This document shows, one piece after another, positions 28,930 through 38,136 of a DNA stretch of 64,000 bases. The first letter of the stretch is position 1. Every line of letters starts with the position of its first letter. Position numbers and translations under genes: made by a program. The DNA lies in NCBI GenBank assembly GCA_044222185.1, contig JBGANV010000005.1:402425-466424 (forward strand), in the 5' to 3' direction. The stretch is from Planctomycetota bacterium. GTDB taxonomy: Bacteria; Planctomycetota; GCA-002687715; CAIWVZ01. The notes beneath the pieces were generated by a model that saw only the letters and a list, made by a program, of their open reading frames with translations, searched no databases and was not told where the DNA came from.

Positions 28930-30576
28930 TCAGTTCGCCGTGTACGTGGTCAGAATGAGGCCAGAGCTTACCGCGAGACCGTTCGTGGCACCTGCATCGA
29001 GGACGAACCACTGACCGAATCCGGTCAGGTCCGAATACGACGCCTGGTTCGGGATGTTCACGAGGAACGAGGTGTGGCCCGCACCCGCAACGCCCGGACT
29101 TCCGGACAGAGTCAGCGGGACGAGAGTCTCGGGCGGCGAATCGATCCAAAGCGGCTTGCCGAGGATCGTCGCACCGGGCTGCGCGGGATTCGGAGTGAAC
29201 GCGAAGTAGGCCGTGGCGCCGCCGACCGCGTTCGTCAGGCCGATCACGAAGTGGTCGTTCCCGACGTACGGCGGGTGCGGTGCGGCCCAGGTCGGGACGA
29301 AGCCGCCCGTACCTGACGAACCCGTGCCATAGGTCGCCGGGAAGTTGAACGTCAGTTCCGAGTTGAGCGTCGGGCGATCGAACGGCGGCAGGGCGTTGGC
29401 AACGCGGGGATCGATCAACGCGTTCGTCACGAAGTCGAGCAGCTCAGCCTCCTGCGTGTGCGTCATGATCAAGGGCAGCAAGCGGACGTCCAGGTTCGGA
29501 CCCGGGAAGTCACCGCCCACCTTGTAGAACGTCAGCACGTCCTGGAGCGTCGCCTTTCCTCCGTTGTGGAAGAACGGCGCGCGCAACCCGACGTTGCGAA
29601 GCGACGGAACGCGGAACTTGCCCTTGTCCGTGATCAGATTCGTCACCTCGTTGCGGCCCAGGTCCTCGATGTCGGGCCGAACGCCGATGTTGGCGAAGGA
29701 ATGGTCCGTGAACAGCGGCGGGATGTGGCAGAGCGCACAGTTGGCGATGCCATTGAAGAGCAGGAGACCGTTCGTCTGCGCCGGCGTCAACGCGCTCGGG
29801 TTGCCTCCCGTGAAGAGGTCCCAGGGCGTCTGATCCGGAATCAGCGTGCGCTCGTAGGTCGCGATCGCCATGGCGATGCGGGCGGCCGTGACGGCAGGGT
29901 CGCCGAATGCCGCCTGGAACAGCTGCGGGTAGGTCGGGTTCGCCGCGATGGCCGCGGCCATCGGGGCCGGAACGTTGGTGGCGAGATGCAATGGAACGAG
30001 TGTCGTCACCTTGGCAGCCAGCGCGGCGGGGCTGCGATTCTGGCAGGCCATCTCCACGTCCGAGACCGACGGACCCGCGGCCTGACTCTCCAATGCGCCG
30101 TCGTTCTGGATCACGACCTGCTGCGTGACGGGGTCATGGAACGTGCCGCCGGCGCGACCATCCCAGAAGAGCTCGGGGGACCATTGCGCCCCGATGAAGC
30201 TCGGCGACTTCCGCCGCGTCACCTGAGCGTTTGGGAAGAAGAAAGGCTCCGGCGTGAAATGTCCCAACGGATCGCAACGAACGACGCCACGCGAACCGCG
30301 GATGTCGTCGGCCGTGTTGAAGACGCCATCGGGTCCGGGGCTGACGTTCTGCGGCGTTGCGGCGCGCGGATCTCCGCCGCCGACCTCGGCCATGTGGCAT
30401 GAACCACACGCCGTGGTGTTGTCTGAGCTCAGCTGCTCGTCCCAGAACAGGATCTTGCCCAGCATCGCCTTTGCGGGCGTGATGGGGTTTTCGACGGGGA
30501 CAGGAACGGGAGGCAGCTGCGCAACAGCGATGCGCGCCGCGGCGATGGCGACGAGAACGAAGAGTCGTGGAGACAT
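28930..30576 (-). CDS. Di-heme cytochrome c peroxidase/MauG family protein with shared C-terminal domain
   Basis: LGK.LFWD..LS.D, CGSCH, FWDGRA, CALCH, FRVPSLRNV, PFFHNG; signal peptide from ATG 30576. Confidence 0.9.
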   Translation of the reverse strand: MSPRLFVLVAIAAARIAVAQLPPVPVPVENPITPAKAMLGKILFWDEQLSSDNTTACGSCHMAEVGGGDPRAATPQNVSPGPDGVFNTADDIRGSRGVVRCDPLGHFTPEPFFFPNAQVTRRKSPSFIGAQWSPELFWDGRAGGTFHDPVTQQVVIQNDGALESQAAGPSVSDVEMACQNRSPAALAAKVTTLVPLHLATNVPAPMAAAIAANPTYPQLFQAAFGDPAVTAARIAMAIATYERTLIPDQTPWDLFTGGNPSALTPAQTNGLLLFNGIANCALCHIPPLFTDHSFANIGVRPDIEDLGRNEVTNLITDKGKFRVPSLRNVGLRAPFFHNGGKATLQDVLTFYKVGGDFPGPNLDVRLLPLIMTHTQEAELLDFVTNALIDPRVANALPPFDRPTLNSELTFNFPATYGTGSSGTGGFVPTWAAPHPPYVGNDHFVIGLTNAVGGATAYFAFTPNPAQPGATILGKPLWIDSPPETLVPLTLSGSPGVAGAGHTSFLVNIPNQASYSDLTGFGQWFVLDAGATNGLAVSSGLILTTYTAN

Positions 30577-31176
30577 GGAACTACAACTCCGTGAAGGGGG
30601 CTCGACTTTGGGAACTGTACTCCAACGACTCGGGAAAGAGACCATCCGAGCGGTCCATTTCCCGTCCGCGGAGCACCGGCAATCCTCCCTCGGCGTTCAG
30701 GAATGGTCCCGAGGAAACGACCTGTCGGGCGGTCCAATGCGGACGCCTCGATGACGAGTTCATGGACCGCCGGCGGCGTACGGATGCCGGCCGCTCCGCC
30801 GATTCTGAACCCATAGAAAAGGCGCGGTCGCAATCACGCCGAGGAGCCCGGCCCGGCCCCCATCGGAGCGTCGACCCCTCGGCCTCTCGGCGTCCTTCCG
30901 GGACGGCGTGCCCGCTCGTCCCGCCTGGGGTCGCGGCACCGCTCGGAACGAATCCGCGCAGGCGATCCCACGCAGCAGTTTTGAACGTTCTCCCGGCGCG
31001 ACGATCCGAGACCGCGCCCAGCCCAACAGCCTTTGCCACGCCACGTTGGGGACGGCGTCGGTCCGTCTCGTGGCTGTCCCGTTCGGGGTGCTCTCGAAGG
31101 AACCCGGTCCTGAAATTCTCCCGAGGGTGCCTCTATGAATTGAGCGACGACGCTGCCGGTGACTCGCAGGGGAATT

Positions 31177-31193
31177 CATACCACGGTGGTATG
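31177..31193. promoter_or_regulatory. Perfect 8-1-8 palindrome, candidate operator
   Basis: CATACCAC-G-GTGGTATG in a relatively AT-rich part of the long intergenic region. Confidence 0.4.
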
Positions 31194-31221
31194 GATGAGT
31201 TACCGACGGCGTCGGCCTTTT

Positions 31222-34200
31222 TTACCGACGCTCGTTTGCGCCGCCTCGCCGTTCCTCCGCGCCCTCGCAGGCGCCTGAACTGCGGTGAGAGCAGGTCGCA
31301 CAAAGCTGAGCGTCACTCGTCCGCACGAAGCCGGAAACGTCGGTCCCGCTCAGCTCGTCGAGCGTTCGCTCGACCTCTGCGGGCCCAAGGTCAGCCTGCA
31401 CGCCCCCGTGGCACGTCACGGCGAGCGGGATCCCCGAACCTGTGAAGAACAACCATGCCTCGACGGGCTCCGCTGACGCCGCGCCGACGGCTGCGGCGTA
31501 CACGGATAGTTGATCCACGTACCCGTCAGCGCGGGCCAGACTCCGCGCCTTCGCCTCCGTCGCCGGCGACTCCGTCTTGTAGTCGATGACGTAGACACGA
31601 CCGGGCTCGCGAAACACGAGGTCCATCACGCCGTGCACGCGGGTCGTGCCTCTTCCGAAGATGAACGGGACTTCCGTCTCCACTCCCCTTGGTGCCGCCG
31701 CGAGGATGCGCGCCCCGAGCGGCCATCGACGGAACCCTTCGAGTGCCAGGCGCACGTGCTCGGAGAGCTCGTCGATCGCCTCGGCTCCGACGACGCCGAA
31801 ACGCGCCGCGGCGGCCGGGACGAGACTCGACGGATCCGCGCCCGTCGCCAGCCCCTCGAACGCCGCATGAACGACGAGGCCGCGCGTGCGGCCGTCGACG
31901 CGGCGGCGAGCGCCATCGGATTCGGCTGCGTGCGCCGGCTCCGGCCTCCGGTCCTCAGCCAGCCCCGCCACCGTGTCGAGGTAGAAGCGACGCGCGCACC
32001 GACGAAGGTCAGAGAATGACGTCGCGGGAACCGCGACGGCCTCGGATCGCCGAGCCCGGTGCGCGTCCACCGCTCGCGGCGACGCGGCCTCGGAGATCGG
32101 ATCGATGATGGGCGACGGCGACGAGCGGGGCGGCATCGGTGCGAGAGGCGGATCCGGCAGCACCTCGCAATGGGCTCGCGGCTCGGCGCTCGCCGCCACG
32201 GCTGCAATCACGGCATCGTCCGCCGCATCTCGCACCCAGCGCAGCCAGCTGTCCGCGTGGATGTCGCGGGCATTGCCCACGGCGGACCCGCTGACGACGA
32301 GGTGGTCCCGCGCGCGCGTCAGCGCAACGTAGAGAAGCCGCTTGGATTCGGCCAGCTTCTCCTCGCGGGCACGCGCCCGCACGACGCTCGTCAACGTCCC
32401 GGGCTCATCGGTCGCTTCGAGTTCGGGAAGGGCGAGGAGCGGCGCTTCGCCGGGGCGATCGCGATGCATGCGAATGGGACGCTGAGCATCCGACGGCCGA
32501 TTGACGAGCCCGCCTCCACAGTCCGGCACGAAGACGATGGGCCACTCGCGGCCCTTTGCGGCGTGGACGGTGAGGATCGACACGGCGTTTCGGCCCTCGG
32601 CCGGCGGGTCCGCCTGGGGTTCGCTGTCGTTGTCACCGGCTCGCTCCAGGGCCCGTGCGACGGCCACGAGCGATGCCTCACCGGCTCGCTGGAGGTCGCC
32701 CACGATCCTGAGGACGCGCGCGACGTTCGAGGCCGACCTGCCGGACGGGTCGGCCGCCTCGAGTATGAACGGGAGGTCCGACTCGCGAACGACGAGCGAA
32801 AGAAGCTCATGCGGTGCGACGCGGCCGGCGAGCGAGCGCCAGCGCCGAAGCCTGGCGACCCCATCACGCAGCGACGCGGAATCCGACGCCGTCGGCAGCG
32901 CGGTGCGTCCCTGCACGACCGCGTCACAAAGCCGCGTCACGCGCCCCCAGAGCGTCCGGACCTCCGGCGCGCCGGCCTCATCGACCGCGGCCGCGAGAAG
33001 GACGGAATCCGGCAGCCCGATCAAGGGCGATCGCAGGACGCCGAGCAGCGAGACGTCGTCCCGATCGTCGACGAAGAAGCGCACGAGGTTCGTGATCACC
33101 CGAACCTCGTGGCGCGCATAAAGTCCGACGCCGGAAAGGACCTGGAAGGGCACCCCGGCATCCGTGAGCGCCCGTTCGAGTTCCTCGAGAACGGTGCGCC
33201 CGCGCAGGAGGATCGCCTGATCGGAGAACCTCGCCGGCCCGACTCCGACGTCACCGCACTCCCCCTCTCTCCGGTGCACGAGCGTCGCCTCGCGCACGAA
33301 CCGACCGGCCCGCGCAGCGACCCACGCGAGCTCGCGATCGCGCGGCCGCGGCGAGTCCTCTCCGGGAAGGAACGTGGCGATCTCGATGCGCGTGGGGACG
33401 AGCGTCTCGACGGCGCGTTTCGGCACCGCCTCCTGGAAGCGCGCTTCGAAGATCTCCGCCGGCTCGTCTTCGAAGAGGCGGCGCGCAACGCGGTTCGCGA
33501 ACGTCACGATCCCGTGGGTCGAGCGGTAGTTGTCCCGAAGCTCGAGAATTCCGGTCACCGGAACGTTCGCCGCGACCGCCGCGTGCGGCGGCAGTATGGG
33601 TCGGACGCCCGCGAACGGGCCCCGATCCAGGGCCGCGATCTCCCGACCCACCCGCCGGAACGTGGCCACGTCGCCGTCGCGGAACGAGAAGATCGACTGT
33701 TTCTCGTCGCCCACGACGCACAGCCCGGGCCGCTCGAGGCGGTCCCCCCCGAACAAGCCGCGGAGGATCTCCCACTGGAGCGGATCCGTGTCCTGGAACT
33801 CGTCCACGAGGACGTGACGGAAACGCGGAACGCCGCCCGCACCGCCGCGATGCACCACGGCGCGCAGATCCTCGAGCAGGCGGTGGAAGTCGGACGTGCC
33901 GGAGACCGCGAGATCGGATCGATACGCCTCGAGCACACGAACGAGGAGGTGCGCGACGGCTCGCAGGCCGCGCTCGACCTCGCCGGGGATCTTCACCGAT
34001 GACGGCGCAGTTCCCCCGTCGTCGCTTCCGGCGGCCACGCCGGTTTTCCTCGCTCGTCGCTTTCGCGGCGACGTCTCGACGGCGCGAGTCGCGAGGAACT
34101 CGGTCGCGATCACCTCCTGCTGCCTGACGCCTCGCTCCGGATCGAGCACGGCCTGGGCCCACGCCTCGGAGCGTTCCCGACACCGGACCAGATCGGCGAG

Positions 34201-34713
34201 GCGATCGATGAGCGATTGGCGGGAGAACCCCGACAGGAGCGCGGCGACGTGTTCTCGGTCGGGATCGGAGCGGTCATCGGCGACGGCGTCGATCGTGCGC
34301 GAGACCACTTCGTCGAGTCTCGCGGCCTCGCCGACTCCGGAGACGATCGTCCGCGCGGCCGCCATGCCGCCGGCCGGGCCGACGTTGGCGAGCAGGCGGG
34401 CAGCGAATCCGTGAATCGTCGAGATCCACGCCTCGGGCAAGTGATCCCGGACGTCCCGCCAGAGTCGACGCGTGGCGGCGTCGCCGTCGCGGGCTCGCGC
34501 CGCAACCTCGGCGCGAATCCGCCCGCTGATCTCGGCCGCCGCCTTGGTGGTGAACGTGACGGCCGCCACCGAGCCCACGTCGAACGCAGATTGCTCGAGC
34601 GCCCACAACCAGCGCGCCACGAGAACGCGGGTCTTCCCCGACCCGGCGCTCGCGGACAGGAAGATCGGCCGCGCGAGGTCCAGCGCGGCCATTTGCTCGG
34701 CGCTCAGACTCAC
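31222..34713 (-). CDS. addA: AddA-like UvrD helicase with C-terminal RecB-type nuclease
   Basis: ASAGSGKT, VTFT.KAA.E, STIHGF, DEFQDT, VGDEKQSIFSFR, NYRS, TVHAAKG.E, LYVALTRA, G.MDL..IDYKT. Confidence 0.9.
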   Translation of the reverse strand: MSLSAEQMAALDLARPIFLSASAGSGKTRVLVARWLWALEQSAFDVGSVAAVTFTTKAAAEISGRIRAEVAARARDGDAATRRLWRDVRDHLPEAWISTIHGFAARLLANVGPAGGMAAARTIVSGVGEAARLDEVVSRTIDAVADDRSDPDREHVAALLSGFSRQSLIDRLADLVRCRERSEAWAQAVLDPERGVRQQEVIATEFLATRAVETSPRKRRARKTGVAAGSDDGGTAPSSVKIPGEVERGLRAVAHLLVRVLEAYRSDLAVSGTSDFHRLLEDLRAVVHRGGAGGVPRFRHVLVDEFQDTDPLQWEILRGLFGGDRLERPGLCVVGDEKQSIFSFRDGDVATFRRVGREIAALDRGPFAGVRPILPPHAAVAANVPVTGILELRDNYRSTHGIVTFANRVARRLFEDEPAEIFEARFQEAVPKRAVETLVPTRIEIATFLPGEDSPRPRDRELAWVAARAGRFVREATLVHRREGECGDVGVGPARFSDQAILLRGRTVLEELERALTDAGVPFQVLSGVGLYARHEVRVITNLVRFFVDDRDDVSLLGVLRSPLIGLPDSVLLAAAVDEAGAPEVRTLWGRVTRLCDAVVQGRTALPTASDSASLRDGVARLRRWRSLAGRVAPHELLSLVVRESDLPFILEAADPSGRSASNVARVLRIVGDLQRAGEASLVAVARALERAGDNDSEPQADPPAEGRNAVSILTVHAAKGREWPIVFVPDCGGGLVNRPSDAQRPIRMHRDRPGEAPLLALPELEATDEPGTLTSVVRARAREEKLAESKRLLYVALTRARDHLVVSGSAVGNARDIHADSWLRWVRDAADDAVIAAVAASAEPRAHCEVLPDPPLAPMPPRSSPSPIIDPISEAASPRAVDAHRARRSEAVAVPATSFSDLRRCARRFYLDTVAGLAEDRRPEPAHAAESDGARRRVDGRTRGLVVHAAFEGLATGADPSSLVPAAAARFGVVGAEAIDELSEHVRLALEGFRRWPLGARILAAAPRGVETEVPFIFGRGTTRVHGVMDLVFREPGRVYVIDYKTESPATEAKARSLARADGYVDQLSVYAAAVGAASAEPVEAWLFFTGSGIPLAVTCHGGVQADLGPAEVERTLDELSGTDVSGFVRTSDAQLCATCSHRSSGACEGAEERRGGANERR

Positions 34714-37700
34714 GCGTCATCCTCCGGGTCGGCCTTCACGACGATCGCCCGCCGCTGCTCCACCCTGCGAGGTTCGCTCATGGCGTCGATCCGCTCGCCT
34801 TCGCCGTCGCCGCGGCAGCCGGCCCGGAACCGGCAGGGCTCGCAGGCCTTCGAGTCGCGCGTGGGGTGGAACCTCCCGTCCGCGATGCACGCCATGAACT
34901 CGGCGGCGCGCGTCGTGTAGGCCTGCACGACGTCGTCGAGCTGCCCGGGCGCCAGGGCCTTTCGTCCCTTCTTGCCGTTGATCGCGATCGTCGCTTCCGC
35001 CTCCGCGAGCGAGACGTCGAGCGCCACCGTCTCCCCTGGTCGGATCAGGTAGTAGCCGCCGCCCACGACGTGGACCGGCTTGCCGCCGCAGTGTGCGGGA
35101 AGCAACTCGGGAAGCACTTTCGCGTAAAGCGGAAGCTGGAACTTCTCGCCCTTCTTGATGCCCGAGTGCAGGTGCGACACCTGGCTCGTCTTGTAGTCCA
35201 CGATGAACGCCTCGCAGAGGCCGTCCCGCTCGCGGATGTCGACCCGGTCGACGGAACCCACGAGCCTCACGCGGTATTCGCGCCCGCCGAACCGTCCCAC
35301 GAACTCGGCCGGCTCGCCGTGGATCGCGATCGACGGCGCGGCTTCATCCGGAGCCCGGCCGAACCGTGCCTCGAAGAACCTGGGCTGGAAGGTGGAGTTT
35401 CGCCTGGCCTCCGCGTCCAGGTACTGGCGGAAGAGCCCGGGGGCCTGATCGTCGGTCAGTCCAGCCCGAAGTCGGCGGGCGAGCGCCTCGGCAAAGAGAT
35501 CGTCGCGGCCGCGGCGAGCCACTTCGTCCCCGATGATCCGGTCGAGTCGCGCCGCGCGCGCGGCCTCGGTCTCCGACACCGCCGCCTCCGCATGGAATCG
35601 GAACAGGACGTTGTGGACGAGGCTGCCACGTTCGGATGGAGTGGGTTCCCGATCGACCTCTTCGTCCGGCGTGATCCCGAGGATCCGGCGAAAGAAGTAC
35701 ATCATCGGGCACGCGGCGTAGTCGTCGAAGCGCGAGACGGACATCACCGCCGTCGCGGGGTCGAATCGACGCGCGAGCGCCGGCAGCGCGGCCGGTTCGA
35801 GGAGTCCTTCGAAACGGCCGAGCCGCGCCGGGTCGGACCGCTCGAGTTCGATTCGCGCCCTGCGCCACGCGCTGGGACCGTCCCCGCCCACGCCCACCCA
35901 CGCGGCGACTCGCTCCGCCAGATTCGGGTCCGCGGAGGCGCGCCCGCTCCGGGTCGCGGCCGCGAGAGCGCGGCCCGCGGCGCGCGCGGCCAGCGTCCGC
36001 CCCCGGGTTCCGGGGTGGGCGAGGAGCTCCGCAGCCGGATGCTCGGGCACCCGCGTGCGGAGCAACTCCACGATCGTCGCCGCCGGGACTTCGCATCCGC
36101 CGACGAGCTCGGGCCGCACCAACGTCACCGAGCGCCGGCCCGACGCCAGGGCGTGCACGAGGAGGTGATCGACCTCGCGGCGGCGCAACGTGGCCGTGTG
36201 GAGCCCCGCGCGCGTGGCGTCGGCCTCCGAGATCAGAGGAGTGGGCGGTGTGGCCCCCGGAATCCGATCCGCGGTCAGACCCGCGACGATCACGTGGTCG
36301 GCGGAGGTTCCCCGGATCTCGCGCAGCCCCAGGAGCCGGACGCCGCGTGCAGGACGGGGCGACTCGGGAATCGTCGTGGCGCGCACCAGCTCACGGATGC
36401 CCGCGACGTGCTCGTCGAATCGCCGGTCATCGTCACCGAGGATTCCACCGGCCCGGCGCCAGGTCTCGACGACACCCTCCAGTGCCCGACGCGCGTGCGC
36501 GGTGACCGCCGTCGCACGGAGCACCAGCGGATCGACGCCGATCGGCGAGTCGTGACGCACCGCGCCGGGATCGATCACGCGAAGCAGCGCCAGCGCCAGA
36601 TCGGCGAAAGCCCTCGTTCCCATGGCGTGCGAAGGGACGGGGATCGCCGAGAACAGCGCCGTCATGCCGCGCGCGACGGCTTCCGCGTCGGCGAGGCTGC
36701 GATCGACGGACTCGGCGTCGTCCGGATCCCGAGTGGCGCGGTCACGCGTCAGGCTCTGCACGTGCGCCGCGAGCTTCGCGTTCCATTCGGCTCGGCCGCC
36801 GACGACACCGGCAGCCCGAGAGACCCGGTCGACCTGCGACGCGCGCAGGCGGAACTCGCCGAGACGGCACTCGGAGCTCGGGAGGCTGCGCAGGAGGGTC
36901 ACGACGCGTGCCCGGGGGAAATCACGGGCGGCCAGGTCGAGGAGTTCGAGCAGCGCCTGCGCGGGCGCGGTCTCGGCGAGCGGCACCTGCGCGGCGACGA
37001 TCAGCGGCACACCGACCTCGGCGAATGCCTCTCGCAGGAGCGCCGCGGCGTCGCGATCGGAGGGATACACGACGACGACGTCCGCGTGTGGATCGCCGAC
37101 GACGAAGGCGGCCGCTCGCTCGGCACAGAACGCCGCCTCCTCCTCGTCATCGGTGGCACGGACAAGCCGCAGGCGATCGGCGATGCCGGGCTCCAGCGTC
37201 GCGAGCGGGTCCTCGGGGTCAAGAACCCCGCACGGGATCGCCCCGACGAACTCGGCTCCGATGACCTCCCTGAGCCAACGCAGGTCGCCGAGAAGCGCGG
37301 CGCCATCGCTCGCGCGATCGGCGAACACGCCGTATCCGAAGGCCGACCGCGCGCCCTCCTCGGGGAGATCGAGCAGCCAGTCGACGCGGTCGAACGCGGT
37401 CACCAACCGCGCGAAGACGGCGCGCTCCACGGGATTGCACTGGTAATAGCCCTCGATCACGAGGTGCTTGCGCGCCCGAAACGCCCGATCGAACGCCAAC
37501 TCGTCCGTGCCCAGATCTCGCGCGACCTCCAGGTAGAGGCCGTCGTCGTCGTAGAGGTCACGCTCGACGAGGCGCGCCTGGTAGAGACCGAACAGTCGAA
37601 CCGCCTCGGCGGTCCCCGGACTCGAAGGGTCGAGCGACGGAAACACCGAATAGACGCGATCGAGGCTGAAGACGTCCGACTGCTTGAGCGCGCTGAAAAA

Positions 37701-38042
37701 CGCGGCGAGCCAGAGGTCCAGCCCGGCAACGCCCCTGAGCGGAGGTCCCGCCTGGCGCCTGGCCAGGTCTCCGATGAGGACCATCCGCTCGTCCGGCCCG
37801 AGCTTCCGGCGAGCATGGCGGCGCCGGGCCGCGCAGCGACGCACGAGATCGGGCAGCGTGATGACGGGCTCATCCAGGGCGACCCCGCGAGCTTCGAGGA
37901 TCATCGTCTCGAGTTCGGCGACGCGCGTCTGGGTCCGCACCACGTGTCGGTAGCCGTCCAACGAACCTGCGGCGAGGGCTTCCGCAAGCAACGTACGGGC
38001 TCGCCCGTCCGCCGGTCGTCCGAAATGCGCGCGCACGTTCAT
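34710..38042 (-). CDS. addB: AddB-like subunit (inactive helicase scaffold + PD-(D/E)XK nuclease with Fe-S cysteines)
   Basis: Y.ACP..YF, G.LVH.VL, GSVDRVD, VDYKT, QLPLY, CEPC.F...C; 4-bp overlap with addA. Confidence 0.85.
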   Translation of the reverse strand: MNVRAHFGRPADGRARTLLAEALAAGSLDGYRHVVRTQTRVAELETMILEARGVALDEPVITLPDLVRRCAARRRHARRKLGPDERMVLIGDLARRQAGPPLRGVAGLDLWLAAFFSALKQSDVFSLDRVYSVFPSLDPSSPGTAEAVRLFGLYQARLVERDLYDDDGLYLEVARDLGTDELAFDRAFRARKHLVIEGYYQCNPVERAVFARLVTAFDRVDWLLDLPEEGARSAFGYGVFADRASDGAALLGDLRWLREVIGAEFVGAIPCGVLDPEDPLATLEPGIADRLRLVRATDDEEEAAFCAERAAAFVVGDPHADVVVVYPSDRDAAALLREAFAEVGVPLIVAAQVPLAETAPAQALLELLDLAARDFPRARVVTLLRSLPSSECRLGEFRLRASQVDRVSRAAGVVGGRAEWNAKLAAHVQSLTRDRATRDPDDAESVDRSLADAEAVARGMTALFSAIPVPSHAMGTRAFADLALALLRVIDPGAVRHDSPIGVDPLVLRATAVTAHARRALEGVVETWRRAGGILGDDDRRFDEHVAGIRELVRATTIPESPRPARGVRLLGLREIRGTSADHVIVAGLTADRIPGATPPTPLISEADATRAGLHTATLRRREVDHLLVHALASGRRSVTLVRPELVGGCEVPAATIVELLRTRVPEHPAAELLAHPGTRGRTLAARAAGRALAAATRSGRASADPNLAERVAAWVGVGGDGPSAWRRARIELERSDPARLGRFEGLLEPAALPALARRFDPATAVMSVSRFDDYAACPMMYFFRRILGITPDEEVDREPTPSERGSLVHNVLFRFHAEAAVSETEAARAARLDRIIGDEVARRGRDDLFAEALARRLRAGLTDDQAPGLFRQYLDAEARRNSTFQPRFFEARFGRAPDEAAPSIAIHGEPAEFVGRFGGREYRVRLVGSVDRVDIRERDGLCEAFIVDYKTSQVSHLHSGIKKGEKFQLPLYAKVLPELLPAHCGGKPVHVVGGGYYLIRPGETVALDVSLAEAEATIAINGKKGRKALAPGQLDDVVQAYTTRAAEFMACIADGRFHPTRDSKACEPCRFRAGCRGDGEGERIDAMSEPRRVEQRRAIVVKADPEDDA

Positions 38043-38136
38043 CGCGGGGGATGGTAGCGGCCAGTAGGGACATCACCCGCGGTGTCGTCCCGCGCGTCGA
38101 CGCGCCTTCGCGCGAGAAGTCCCGCGCATCCCCGGT

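Noticed and set aside
31020-31100. c-di-GMP riboswitch or sigma54 motif on the minus strand (tggcaaaggctgttgg)
   Set aside because: Lacks the paired GNRA/receptor architecture, and the GG-N10-GC spacing is not met
30567-31445. Short ORFs across the long intergenic gap (30567-31445 +, 30760-31179 -, 30581-31039 -)
   Set aside because: No codon bias, RBS or protein-like composition
34866-38057. 1063 aa ORF on the + strand
   Set aside because: Antisense shadow of addB; Arg/Ala-rich with no motifs, typical of high-GC codon bias
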